A stretch of 63,651 bases of DNA, filler included, from Rhabdomonas costata (taxonomy: Eukaryota): the NCBI GenBank assembly GCA_019059605.1. It is 47 parts of 47 records of this genome, joined end to end, with 100 filler letters (N's around TTAATTAATTAA, not from the genome) between each part and the next. Parts side by side here need not be neighbours in the genome. Positions count along the whole stretch, not along the records: positions 12,206 to 13,462 come from JAHMHO010021666.1; positions 13,563 to 14,819 come from JAHMHO010021667.1; positions 14,920 to 16,176 come from JAHMHO010021668.1; positions 16,277 to 17,531 come from JAHMHO010021669.1; positions 17,632 to 18,888 come from JAHMHO010021670.1; positions 18,989 to 20,241 come from JAHMHO010021671.1; positions 20,342 to 21,598 come from JAHMHO010021672.1; positions 21,699 to 22,955 come from JAHMHO010021673.1; 39 more parts are not named here. One strand, given 5' to 3'. Below are positions 12,275-24,443 of this stretch, piece after piece; the first letter of the stretch is position 1, and each line of letters begins with the position of its first letter. The notes under the pieces were generated by a model, which saw nothing but the letters and a program-made list of their open reading frames with translations, did no database searches and was not told the DNA's origin. The translations under genes and the position numbers were made by a program.

Positions 12275-13389
12275 CCCGTGGATGTAGAGCAGTGCGAAGA
12301 GGAGCTGGTACATTAGGGTCACCACCAGTTCCTCGGAGAACTCGAAGCCCGAGACAAAAAGGATCTCAAGCGCTGAGGAAACGCATATATCCACCCCTAC
12401 CCCTAACGTGATGGTCTTCTTGTTTGGCGTGAGGACCGTTGTGCTGAAACAGCGCGTACATCCACCCCACCGTCATACCTGGCAGCTGCGCAACCTTTCC
12501 AGAAAAAAGTTGTAGGTGTAGTCTTGTTTGACTTATGGAAAAATCTGTTTGTTCGGGTCTTGTTCGCGCAACTTTGTAACCGAAAAGACTGAGGCTGTTG
12601 TATTGAGGGGGGGGGGCGTTAACCGTTCAACACAGTGGGCCTCCGCCCCTAATTAATGATGTCCAATCAATCCACCAAGTTCCAGGGATGCACACATGGA
12701 ACGCAAGGAAAGCTACGAACCCTGTCGTCGAAAACAGTGCGTCTTTCCGTGGCGGGGCTCCCCACCCCCACCCCATATACATACGAATATAAAGGCGAAG
12801 AGCAGGTGGCGCTGCGAGGAGGGTGGAAGGAACACCTTACACAGAGACGGCACGTGGGTGGCCCATATCCCGCCACACAGCAGCCGATCAGACGATTCAT
12901 ACAACAAAAACCGCCCATACCTTTGCGGGTCAAATAGCAGGAAATGGCTGGCTACCACTGACCGAACGCTGGTACCACCACTGTCACTACCACCTCCACA
13001 GTAACATGCGTGTTAGAATTCAAAAATAGAAACGGTACTGCTCTTGACCGTGAGCCCAACAATCTACCCGCTACCCGTGTCTTTCGCCTCGTAATGGGTT
13101 CTTCCTCCTCGTAGCCCTCACCGCGGTTCTCGCCAGAAAGTCTCTCTCATCACATCGCATCGTCCCCAGAGTGAGCTTCGCACTTGCAAGGAGAGAGGAC
13201 GGACGAAATATAACTCTGAGTGGACTCGAGAGGGTGGGCGAGGAAATCCATGCCCTGTCCTGGGATCTCTGTCACCACCACGGCTCCGTCGAGGCAGAGC
13301 ACCAGGTCAACAATGCTGACAATATTGGGATGCCCACGAAAGTGCACGAGCAGCTGCAGCTCCTGCAGCACTGCGGCCACATGGTTCTC
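12275..13389 (-). CDS. Ser/Thr protein kinase (CMGC/MAPK-like), subdomains III-VIa; exons 13389-~13253 and ~12340-12275
   Basis: VLQELQLLVHFRGHPNIVSIVDLV (E of helix C, HPNIV motif) and FSEELVVTLMYQLLFALLYIHG (YQLLxxLxYIH motif). Internal junctions are uncertain. Confidence 0.75.
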
Positions 13390-14216
13390 CTGCCAGCGGA
13401 CGGAGATATAAAAATCACCGAAATGACCGTGAAACAACGCACCTTTTCCACTCCCAACAAACNNNNNNNNNNNNNNNNNNNNNNNNNNNNNNNNNNNNNN
13501 NNNNNNTTAATTAATTAANNNNNNNNNNNNNNNNNNNNNNNNNNNNNNNNNNNNNNNNNNNNGGTTGTTTGTCAGTCCTGCGACTTCTGAATGAGCTGCT
13601 TGCCCCCCCCCTGACAAACACACACCTCACACATACGAGAGTGAGCGCCAATCTCGCCAAATCTCCGTACATAGCATCAGCAAATTCGCGAATGACGGGC
13701 ACAGGTTCACGTGGGGATTCAATGCACTTCAACACAAGAAAGCAGCTCATTCAGAAGTCGCAGGACTGACACACCGGGAACAAACAGAGTATGAGGGAGG
13801 CCCTGCAACCCCTGCAGGTTGCGAGGCCAGCCACAACCCCATATCATACCGGAACTTCCCTGCACCAGCTCTTATCTATAGTCCATTCCACACGATAATG
13901 AATGGCCTGCCTCCGTCCCTCCGTCCTGGGGTGAGCTTTCCGGTTGGAAGCGGAATAAAACAGGGCAAGGCCCGGACCGTAGGAATCCAGCAGCAGCGTG
14001 GTGTGGTTGAAGGGAAGCCCCAGGCAAGATTGCGATTCCCCCCCGGTGGCCGTGGAGGCCAGGGCAGGTTCGTAATGGTACCCGTGTTGCGGGTCTCGCC
14101 CTTTTGGCCCGACTCGACAAGAAAAAAAGGTTGGTTGACATTTTATAACTAACTGTAACACTGCACGCACTCCATACAAAAGAAGAGCTTCAGTGTGCTG
14201 ATCTGATAGAACCGAC

Positions 14217-14819
14217 CTTTGCTTGTTGCTGGGCTTGAGCTTCCACAGCCCCTGCTTCCTGTACAGGGGCCGGGATCTCCTCTGCGGTCATATGTAAAGC
14301 CACGGTGGGCTCCCACACATCCTGCAAGGCATTAAGGCCCTGCAACTGGACGGCGACCTCCCCACTGGGCTGCGGGGAGGCAGAAGCCGCGGTAGAGTCC
14401 GTGAGCTGTGGATTGAGGGCCTCCACAGGCGGAGGAGCCAGACCATCCGTAAGACCGGGGATGGGTTCTGCAAAATGCACCTCTGAAGGGTCTGAGGGCA
14501 ATGGAGGGACGGTCCCCTGAGGTGAGCCGGGATCGGAGACCGGGCGCAAAGGGGTGTCTGTGGGTCCCATCTCCAGGGGGCAGCGGGCCAAAAAGTAGTC
14601 CCGCAGAAGGCGGCCCACGTCCTCCGGGGTTGCCGGGTTCTGCTGCATCAGAAACCACAGGGCCTCGGCGAAGGTCCCTGCAACATTGAGAACCCGCATG
14701 GCCTTGAGGGCGGGGAGGGGGAGCAACCGGCCCAGGGCATCCGCCCGGTTTGCCCTCTCCTTCAGGGTCAACCGCCTGGCCTCGTCCGGCGGTGGAGGCA
14801 GCAGCAGGGCGAGGTAGGG
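14217..14819 (-). CDS. Long exon of a hypothetical Pro/Ala-rich protein
   Basis: About 200 open codons from the contig edge, GC-rich, ending at AAG|gtcggt. No family recognised. Confidence 0.45.
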
Positions 14820-15836
14820 NNNNNNNNNNNNNNNNNNNNNNNNNNNNNNNNNNNNNNNNNNNNTTAATTAATTAANNNNNNNNNNNNNNNNNNNNNNNNN
14901 NNNNNNNNNNNNNNNNNNNGGGGTGGTGTGGGAATCCACAAATGCAAAACTAGAGTGAGCGTCTGCTGAGCGAGTAACCCTTTCAGAGACAAGGAGCATC
15001 GGGTGCAGTCCCTCTCGCCAACTCTGCACTTCTGAGCTGCGTACGTGTGCGTCGGGACTGGTGCACCACATACGCTCATTAATTGCCAGAGAGATCTTCG
15101 AAGTGCTCTTGAAATCAACCTTTCACAGGGTGCGTATGAGTGCGTATTGTGGCAATCTTTCACAGAGCGCGAATTGTGGCAATGGCGGCGAGAGATGTAG
15201 AGCTGTCGTCTCAGTCCGACGCAGTGCTTTTTGTCCTTGTGAGCTCCTACAGCGCCCGGCACACCGACACCCACCCAAGGCAACAAGTTCGTTCGGAGCT
15301 CTCCTCCAGGCGAGGCTTCTTTCGACTCTCCCGCCTCCGAGGCCGCTGCTTAGGGGGAAAAGACCACCCTTTCTCAACTGTGGGGCGGAGGTCCTCAAGA
15401 AACCTCACTGGCGCATTTGAACCGCGGTTTGATGGGCACCCAACCTTTCGCGCTCGCCCAGCTCTTCAGCTTCTCGAGGATAGCCCATACCCATACACAC
15501 ACAGCTTCCTTGCTTGATGCAGTTGTTAAAAAAAAAGACATACACTTAACCGAGAGATTGATCACTGTCCGAGGAAAAGTGTTCGCAGGTCAACAGTCAA
15601 CCACTCGGGGGGTTGGACTTTATCCTTGGACTAAGGTCTTTTGAGCCAATAAACTGCCGTCAGGTTCAGGTTGAGTCGATGGGCAGTCGCGGTTTTCATC
15701 CGGGACAGGGAAAAACTACTCGACTACTCGTCGGTGTCAACAACCAAAGAGGAGAGAGAGCGGGCGAGTGCGGATATGGCACGAGTTCTTCACGCATTCC
15801 GAGCTCTTGAGAGGGGGAGAAGGCGGAAGAGCGCAC

Positions 15837-16176
15837 CTGCTTCGCTACGGCCTCCGTCATTAGGATGGGCACATTGTGTTCCTTGCAGCCTACGCGCTGC
15901 AGGGCCACCGCCTGCTCCACGGCCTCCCCAACCACAGTGAAGACCTACGACCGAAAGAGAGGAAACTGATGCAAGGGAACGAGCAACTTGCGGGACAAAC
16001 CGGAAGCACTTCCTCACACACACCTTCATGGTGTCGCTGCCGAAGTTCCCGAACGTCACCGTGGAGCTCGCAATGCCCACCCGAAGCTTCAGCTCCGAGC
16101 CGCTCGTGCCGTTGCTCGCCAGCACCTCCGCCCACTTCGCCGCCATCGCCAGGCCGGCCCGCACCGAACACACCCC
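15837..16176 (-). CDS. Class III adenylate/guanylate cyclase-like domain, degenerate; exons 16176-16024 and 15944-15837
   Basis: LKLRVGIASSTVTFGNFGSDTMK|VFTVVGEAVEQAVALQRVGCKEHNVPILMTEAV follows the RxGIxxGxxxxGNxG...TVxGxxVNxAxRL...ILxS pattern. 79-nt GT-AG intron, phase 0. Confidence 0.8.
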
Positions 16177-16330
16177 NNNNNNNNNNNNNNNNNNNNNNNN
16201 NNNNNNNNNNNNNNNNNNNNTTAATTAATTAANNNNNNNNNNNNNNNNNNNNNNNNNNNNNNNNNNNNNNNNNNNNTGAGTTGGGTGAGTTTAGTGGGTT
16301 GTGTGGCGAGCCCGGGGTGATGGCACGCAC

Positions 16331-16924
16331 CATGGGCACCGTCTGAGTGTGATAGGCACGCAGCCGCGCCTGCGCAACCTTCGCCTCCGCGGAGCTCCTT
16401 TGTGAGTTTGGCCTCCTTCCCTGCCAAAAAGAAAACAGAGTGGACCTCAACATCCACCTTTGCGTCTACCATCGTTTGACCAATTACTTTTCTCTCTGTT
16501 TCCACGCAAAGCCAGAAACAGGGAACAGTGTCAGTAAGAAATAGAATCGCTTCCTTCAGTATGTGAATTCGCGCTCTATTTATTAACCCCGAAAGTTCCT
16601 CAGCAAAATTCAGCGGAGGGTAGGGAGATGCACACAACCCGAGGAGGGTGACGACAACACCAAGAAAAAGCAGACGAAAAGACTGAAGAGTGTTCAAAAC
16701 AATGCCGTTGGGCGTACCTCGTCGCCCCTGGCAGTCAAGTGGACGACCCCGCTGATGGACTGGCTGATCCGGGCGCTCATCTCCTGAAAGTATGCCAGCT
16801 GTGGCGCGGTGCGGGGATAGCCGTCCAGCACGGCCTGCCCGCTGAGCTTTCTCCATGCCTCGGTGAACAGCTCGTTGGTGAACTTGTCCGGGACAAGCAG
16901 CCCTTGGCTGACGTAGAAGTGAGC
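16331..16924 (-). CDS. Adenylate kinase family protein; exons 16924-16718 and 16420-16331
   Basis: YVSQGLLVPDKFTNEL...VLDGYPRTAPQL...VVHL and ARLRAYHTQTVPM carry the GxLVPD, DGYPRT and RLxxYxxxTxP motifs. The main exon is not in the supplied ORF track. Confidence 0.88.
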
Positions 16925-19242
16925 CTATCGGCATTCATTGAGAAGGACACGACACCATCGTAGGTTAGGCCGTTTTCACTCACGCCGGTCGTCGGATGAA
17001 TTTTGACTCCACAACTTTTCGGATGTACCTGTGCCCATTTGCAATTCGAACGAAGCAGTCGACATTTTTACGTTTTTAATACGTTTTTAATGTTGGGCGA
17101 GTACAATAATGTTATGCAAAAAAGAAAACACCACAAGACAACTGATGCTTCACTGCTTTCTTTGCCTCTCCTCACAGATCACTTTACAATCTGTCCTTTG
17201 TGTTCGGGAACCCTCTTCTACCCACCCCACACACGTTCTGCCGACTTTTTTCTTGCTATCACGGCACTTTGTGCTGTACGATGACCTGGCCTTGGGCCCT
17301 CTAGTCATGAGACGAGTGAGCATTTCCGGTTTTTTGGCGGAACAAAAGTTTGCAAAGCAAACCGCGGTTGCCCATGTTTGCGAAACAGTCTGTGATGTAC
17401 CGCAGCGCAGACAGAAGAGCAACAAAGAACGGTTACTGACACCGATAAGAGTAACCGTTACCATTGGATCTTCCTCAGTGACAAAATATTTAAGATGGCT
17501 GAACAACTTTCTTGCTGAGTTTTTTCGCGGGNNNNNNNNNNNNNNNNNNNNNNNNNNNNNNNNNNNNNNNNNNNNTTAATTAATTAANNNNNNNNNNNNN
17601 NNNNNNNNNNNNNNNNNNNNNNNNNNNNNNNGGGTTGTGTGGAGCGATACCATTTCCCCGGCTTAAATCGAGGGCTAGCTGGGCCTAGCGGTGATACCCC
17701 CCCCCCCTGTCATTAAGGCCTTCATGCTCACCCTGCAGACCGGCTGGATACCCTAGCTACCATACCAAGGTACCCCGACACCGAATCCTGGCCCTATGGC
17801 CTCGACAACGCTTTCTGTTCTATTCCTTTCCTCGGGAAAAGACCACGGAAAATGTGTTGATCCGATGGGGTGTTTCACTTCTCCCGCAAAGTCTCAGTTC
17901 TTCACCTCTCGCTCGCAGGCTATCCCAAAATCTTGCAGCAGCGTAATTCGGAATTGAGCTTTTTATATTTTCGAAGGCGGGAAACCGTACAGTGGTTTTA
18001 AACGTAGGACTATGCTTCACCGATGGAGAACATACCCGCAGTTGCATGTGGTCTCTTCTCCAAGGGAATGAAGCACTACTGCTGCGACCTGTGTGGAGCC
18101 CGTTGGAAGGGCCTAACCAAGAAACATCGCGAGACGTTGGGGCGGATGCGGGCCGTGTTCTCCTCTGCTGACGCGCCTCCTCCAGCAAACTAACCCACGT
18201 CATGCCGACTATAGACTGTCCTAGACTGTCCTCTGTTGCATCGCATTGCCTCAGCCCCTGGCTGCGGCCTGGGGCTTTCCCTCTATCCTCCTCTCCCCGC
18301 TCCATCCATGGGTGTGCGTTTGCGTGTGAGTAGGCTTGTTGTTTCCACCTGCTTCTCCCCCACTCTTAGTCACCCTCCCGGGTTAAATGTCACCCTTGTC
18401 GGCAGCTTACCGCTGTCCACAGCCCGTTCAACGCGGTGATCACTCTGAAACGAGCTTACCACCATACCTTCCCGCGCTTTCCGTGATTTCTCGAAAAAGA
18501 AGAAAAACATCTCTTGGGTTGGTGCCACTTGTGTGGGAAGGGGCATCTCCGCTTCCCCTACCCCCACCCTCAGGCCCTCCTTTCGTCCTCGCGTTTCCTT
18601 CTGTTTGGGCTTTCCCTTTCTCGTTTGTCGTGCCCCGCAGATCACAATACCTTGCCCATTTGGTCCATTTGGTGCCTCGACCCCCACCCCACCCCCACCG
18701 TGCTCCATTCGCGCACCCATAACCCTTTTCTTCGTACTTACACACTCAACCGCACATACCCGGCTTCTGCCGACGTCGATGCTAAGCGGCGGCATGAATT
18801 CCTGTTGTGCACACGTCAGTCATGTCAGTCTTTTCCAGCGGCTTGAAGAACCCCGACCTCAAGTACCTAATGACGATCCCCCACAACANNNNNNNNNNNN
18901 NNNNNNNNNNNNNNNNNNNNNNNNNNNNNNNNTTAATTAATTAANNNNNNNNNNNNNNNNNNNNNNNNNNNNNNNNNNNNNNNNNNNNGTTGGTCGGTTT
19001 TTGCTCCCCGTTCATTTATCCGGAAACGGTCTTTTCTCCGGAACTGTTCGAGAAGGTTGCTCAACATCTTGTTCTCGCAACTTTGTGTCAGATGCAGTGC
19101 GACCGATACGGCGGTTCAATGCAGGCAGCTTGTGAGGCGGATAATTGGCCGGTCAGCATCTTCCTCTGCCAAGATAAGCTTAGTAATATGCCGAAACTGA
19201 GAATTTAGTATGTGGCATTTTGAACGGAGGCCTTCTGGCGTG

Positions 19243-19316
19243 TATTTATTCCGGTGGTCCTTCGCAGCATCCTGCGATGTGCCGCGGTTAAAAACTCTCA
19301 GTTCACGGTGTAGCCT
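19243..19316. repeat. Interspersed 74-nt repeat, copy 1 (copy 2 at 36192-36265)
   Basis: Ungapped match between unlinked contigs, 6 mismatches in 74 nt by manual comparison. Confidence 0.9.
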
Positions 19317-19589
19317 GCTATAGTTGGTTCCGATTCTCGCGGGTTTTTGGCGCGCATTTCCTGCGGTGTCTGTCTTTCCAGTAATTTTACCCTTTCTTAG
19401 CAACCCGCCCGTGGAGGCTCTTTCCACCGACGCTTGTTTTTGTTGCTGTGTTGTACAGAAGAAAAAGAATGCTGCACTCCCCGTTCTGGACCGGCATGAT
19501 GGGCTTTTTGGCCTCCTCCGCGGAGCACACCTGCCGCTCTCTGGGAACCGCAGCCACCGCATCCGCTCCTCTGTCGCCCGTCTCAGTTG

Positions 19590-19950
19590 CTCAGTGGGTC
19601 TGCGTAGTTTGAACCTTGAGGTAATAGACGCCAGGAATGATTATATTATTCGACGCATTGGATTCTTCGAGGGGGGTTGTAATGGATGACGAGTGATAAT
19701 CACGACAACAATGGGTTGGACAATATGTCTTTGTCGACTTGTGTATGGCCGTCTTACTCCTACGAGATCTTGCTACTCGCTCTGGTGTCATCTAAATTGC
19801 ACCCCATCCTGAAACCCCCAACCTCGGTGAATGCTATCAATAATACCATCGCCGTGATGCCCCTATTAGAACAGTAACGTTCTTGGTTCAACCCGATGAT
19901 CATACCCGCGTACACATAAACATCCAACTTGCGAGATGTACTGGTGGCTC
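19590..19950 (+). mobile_element. Degraded Penelope-like retroelement remnant (region between the RT thumb and GIY-YIG)
   Basis: DARNDYIIRRIGFFE, then after a frameshift KLHPILK...*RSWFNPMIIPAYT*TSNLRDVLV. This resembles the PLE linker YHPxL...PxxAYxRxxNLRDxLV. In-frame stops are present. Confidence 0.5.
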
Positions 19951-20455
19951 AGAGGTTTACCCTTTCTCTCAAAGTCCGTCAAAGGCAAGATTGTTGTTCA
20001 TCGGATAGGGTAAGGGGAGAGGGGGGGGGGGGGGTATGAACTGCTTTGCACCGAAATATTACTGTCCTTCGATTCTTGTGGGCAGAACAGCACAAAAAAG
20101 TAGAAACAGCTGAGGGGCGAGGATATCCCATAAAATCGCCCTCTCCCGCAAAAAAAAAAAAGAGTAAAACACACACAGTCTTTTTTCTCTGACCCTGAAT
20201 TGACGACGACCCTCCTGTGCAAGCCTATTTGAGCAACCCCCNNNNNNNNNNNNNNNNNNNNNNNNNNNNNNNNNNNNNNNNNNNNTTAATTAATTAANNN
20301 NNNNNNNNNNNNNNNNNNNNNNNNNNNNNNNNNNNNNNNNNAGTACGTAGGAGTGCAGAACCGGTCCATTTGGGGAAAGGGAAAGGGAAAGAAAGCGTAA
20401 AGTGGGCTGGAAGGGTGACACCAGCAAAAAAAAAACCACCTAACCCCTGGTCTTA

Positions 20456-20642
20456 CTTTGAAACGAAAGATCTCTCCTCTGACGGCCATACAGAACAACT
20501 GCAACCGCAGCGGGGCGTCGAATTCCAGTGCGTCGAATTCAGTGGGAACATACTCAGCGACGTGGGCAAAGGACTCCGGGAGGATTGCCATGAACTGCAT
20601 CACGAATACCGAGACTTCCGGGTCGTCATGAGCATTAATTCG
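20456..20642 (-). CDS. Probable exon, hypothetical protein
   Basis: ccttgccag|CGA...RINAHDDPEVSVFVMQFMAILPESFAHVAEYVPTEFDALEFDAPLRLQLFCMAVRGEIFRFK|gtaaga. Confidence 0.5.
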
Positions 20643-23343
20643 CTGGCAAGGTAGAGCAGGCTTGCTGCTAATGCATGAATGTTTTTCGTGCACATAGGGA
20701 TCGCTATGCATGGTGACGATGCAGTATGCCAAGTCCGGAAGTACGGCACAAAACCTCGAGACTGTGACGATTAAAATGGATCACCTTGCAAACAATGCCA
20801 GGCAGACGCCACTTATTCCTTCTCCGAACGATTCAAAGCTTTCCAGCTTGTTTACTTCTACACGCACCACCTCGCACCAAAACAAAGCCTGAAGAACGTC
20901 AGCTGGGCAACCCTAGGGAAGGGAAAGGAAAGTTGGCGCTTGTGGGGCAAGAGGAACCTCATGCCTTTTGATTCCCAGGGAAGTGCAGCAGCAGAAACAA
21001 AATCAGGGCACTCACGGTATCTCCTGATGTTTGGGGTTGAAGGCAGGCCGCGCACCTATGTCACCTTCAAAAAGACTGTCATTTAGCCGAAAGTTCGCCT
21101 TTTGCACTGTGTACCTAAAAGTCTAAAAGGACCGGAGATTTACTGCATAAAGCGCCGTGCAAACTTCCATACCGTATTTTGCCTCCCACAGGCCGAACCT
21201 CAACTATCGGCTTCGCTCATCTCCACGTACGCTACAATTTCGAGATCAGCGGCATAATAATACGGTAAAAAAAAACTTCTGTTCGGACTAATCTCTAAGT
21301 TTCCGGGTGGAGCTAGCCTTACAATTCAGTACACTGATTTATAACAGGCCTTTTCTGAGCAAGATCTCTCCTTCGGGACAGTTCCCCCGAAAAGGGAAGA
21401 AATAAAGAAGTGTGACAGGTTAAATGCTGCGACTCAATGGTAATGAGAGCAGCATATACCAAAAAACCTCAACTTGGCAATAAAGCGTTCAGCAAGACAG
21501 GTCTAATTTTGTTTTTCGGGGAGAAGGGTACCAGAGGGCGAGGCACAGGTATACAAGGGTGTGAAGGACAACACCAAAACGAAGACATACACGCACAANN
21601 NNNNNNNNNNNNNNNNNNNNNNNNNNNNNNNNNNNNNNNNNNTTAATTAATTAANNNNNNNNNNNNNNNNNNNNNNNNNNNNNNNNNNNNNNNNNNNNTG
21701 TTGTTTTTCCAGACTTTATTATTGTCTTTCCCATTTTCCTTTCTGAACTTTTGATTGAGAAGTTTTCGCATCTTGTCCACCCCTTTGCCGAATAGTTTCT
21801 CTGCAAACATCCACATCCGAGCGGTCTGTCTTCGGTGGCAGACTGGAGCACTGCAGGCTCTGACTCAGGAGCTAGGGCAGTGGGAATGTTTCAAGCTCGG
21901 AGGGCAGCGACAGCAATGACAGCAAACAAGGCCCCAATGGATAATGCAACCCAACGGGAGCGATCCTGTGAAGCCCCACGGCTCAGTTTACGTTGGCTTT
22001 TTCGTCATGAACTTCATAAGAGTGAGAGGCAGGCTTGCTAGAACAACAGTGGGCTTTCACAGGTTTCACAAGATTCATAACAAGAATTTCCAGAAAAAAT
22101 GCTTGGGTATTTTAATTGGAACCCCTTGCACATTGCACATGTGGCAGCGGAAGAGTTCAACAGATGATTTGCAGGCTCCGGCCCGAAAATGTGATACAGC
22201 ACTGACACATCGGAACCACGAGAGGAACAGAGGGGAAGCTCCACCACAAGATACGACACCCTTCGACCCACCTCACATTGAGCAGTAAACATCACGCGGC
22301 GTATGGGGAGCACCGCGCAGATGAGCCCCATACCCCCGATTTGCGGGCTCCCGCTCCAGCCGTCCCTCTGAACCACGGAACGCCACCTCCGCCAAGTTCG
22401 GAAAGCCCGGCCGGTCTCTCGACCGCAACCTGAGAGGAGAGAAGAAAGTTTTTGTACCACACTAAGAAAAAGGTGCGTGCGTGCGTTACAGTAATGTGCG
22501 TGTGCGTGCACCTCCGGTGAGCGCCATAGATCATTGCAAAACATACGCCCAACATGGTGCTTTCCCACTTTTTCAGCCCCTGACATGTGTGTACACAGAC
22601 AGCATATGCGCGTGTTGGTGTGCGCAAGTGTTTGGGTTGAGCATTCACAGTGTGTTGCAACTGCGGAGCTGAGGTCTCAGTCTGCTTGAGACCTGCATAT
22701 GTGCCTCGGGTCTGCTGACCGGTGTGACGAATACACTTGATTATACCAAGGTGCTCGCCTTCTAAGCGCTCTCCCCGGCGTGGTCTCATAGAGTCCCAGC
22801 TCAACTGAAGAAGCTTCGGGTCTCCGGAGTTTGCTCTGCAAGTTTCCTTTGTTGCTTTCATGAAGCTGGTTGGCTGCAACTGTCGTCGACCGCCTCTGCC
22901 GTCGGCTCTGCTTGCGTGCCGCTGCTGCGTAGCCCTGTTGTCCTCTCACCTTTTCNNNNNNNNNNNNNNNNNNNNNNNNNNNNNNNNNNNNNNNNNNNNT
23001 TAATTAATTAANNNNNNNNNNNNNNNNNNNNNNNNNNNNNNNNNNNNNNNNNNNNGGTGTGTTGTGATCAATCTTTTGGGAGAGGGAGGGGGAGTAGGGG
23101 GGGGTGCTAATCCATCCATTATTTTTCTCCACGGAACGCGTCTTTCCCAGGAGGTGCTTGGTAATTTCCTTTTTCGTGGCTGGGACAGAGGATTCCTCGT
23201 TGGACCCGCACCTTGACCGAACACTTGAACACTTGGTCGGTGTTGCCAGTGTTGCCAATGCGGAGGGGGCTGAATATCCAGCAGGTGTCCGAGCCGCATT
23301 CCCAATTGCCCAACTGCGAGATGGTCCCCTCCCTCACGCACAC

Positions 23344-23504
23344 CGCAACGGAGGTGAGGCAGTTGTTGAGATTGCTGCCCTGATCCTCGGCATTGTAGTA
23401 CTCCGCGGCCTTCCGGAAGTGCGCGATGGCCTTATCCAGCTGCAGCTCCCCTTGGAAGAGCTCCCCCAGCTCCTTCTCACACTTCGCGGCATTGGTGAAC
23501 CGCC
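23344..23504 (-). CDS. Alpha-SNAP (soluble NSF attachment protein, Sec17 family) exon
   Basis: GRFTNAAKCEKELGELFQGELQLDKAIAHFRKAAEYYNAEDQGSNLNNCLTSVA matches GRFxxAAK...IAExYE...AIxxYxxAAxYY...ANKCxxKVA. Bounded by ccttag| and |gtgtgc. Confidence 0.88.
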
Positions 23505-24443
23505 CTAAGGACGTAAAATGACGGTTCATACACCGGCACCGCATGGTCAAAAAAGCAAAGTGGGTCGAAACTAGGCAGTTCTGCTTGCATTAATCTTTTC
23601 ACCTATCTGAGTTCGATACCGCAGGTCAACCCGAAGCGGCTTCACCCTCCTCCTGAACTTCCTCTGTCAAAACATAGGGAACGCGATGGGGATACCGGAA
23701 CCGCTGGTCTCTGAGATGTGTTGCGTGAACAGCACCCCCCCCCCCCCCCTCCCCATAAATTTGGTTTCAAACATACACTTGGTGCACTTGGCGATTGGCG
23801 AGGATGAAACTTTCTGGGGAGGACTGGAGGTCCACTTCCCCGCTGGGCTCCCACCTTTCGATGGGGCGTGGCCCATCGGACCTCACACCTTGTTGGTCTA
23901 TGGTGCATTGTCCCCCTCTCTCTTATCACGTAGGGTTGGCTTACCCCATGTGACCCCTGATCCACAGTGTACGCGGGGCTTTGAGAACCCGCCCGATTGG
24001 CGTGTTTAGAGATGTCACACTGACCATTTGGGCCTCAATCCCAGTCCGGGTTTGCACCGGCTTTCTTGGTGGACGGGCTTGGTTGCCTTACGCTTTCCCG
24101 TCTATACCTCACTTCTCTCCAATCCCCGCTCGCCTGGGCTTCTCTTCGTGCCTCTTGGGCCTGTGCCCGCCGCCCTGTTTCCTCACTCCTCCCTGGTCTA
24201 TTGCACCGTACTTCTCACCGCTCTGTCCACCTCCACCTCCACGCCGGTGTCCTCACGTCACCCTTGCTATTCCCGTCGTTGAACAGTTTTTTGGTGTGTC
24301 CTATGCCCTTCNNNNNNNNNNNNNNNNNNNNNNNNNNNNNNNNNNNNNNNNNNNNTTAATTAATTAANNNNNNNNNNNNNNNNNNNNNNNNNNNNNNNNN
24401 NNNNNNNNNNNGTGTTGGGTGTGGTTGGTTTTGTGGGGGTCAG

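Noticed and set aside
19250-19316. HDV-like ribozyme fold in the 74-nt repeat
   Set aside because: A P3/L3-like hairpin and a weak P1 can be drawn, but no P2 partner or proper J4/2 strand was found.
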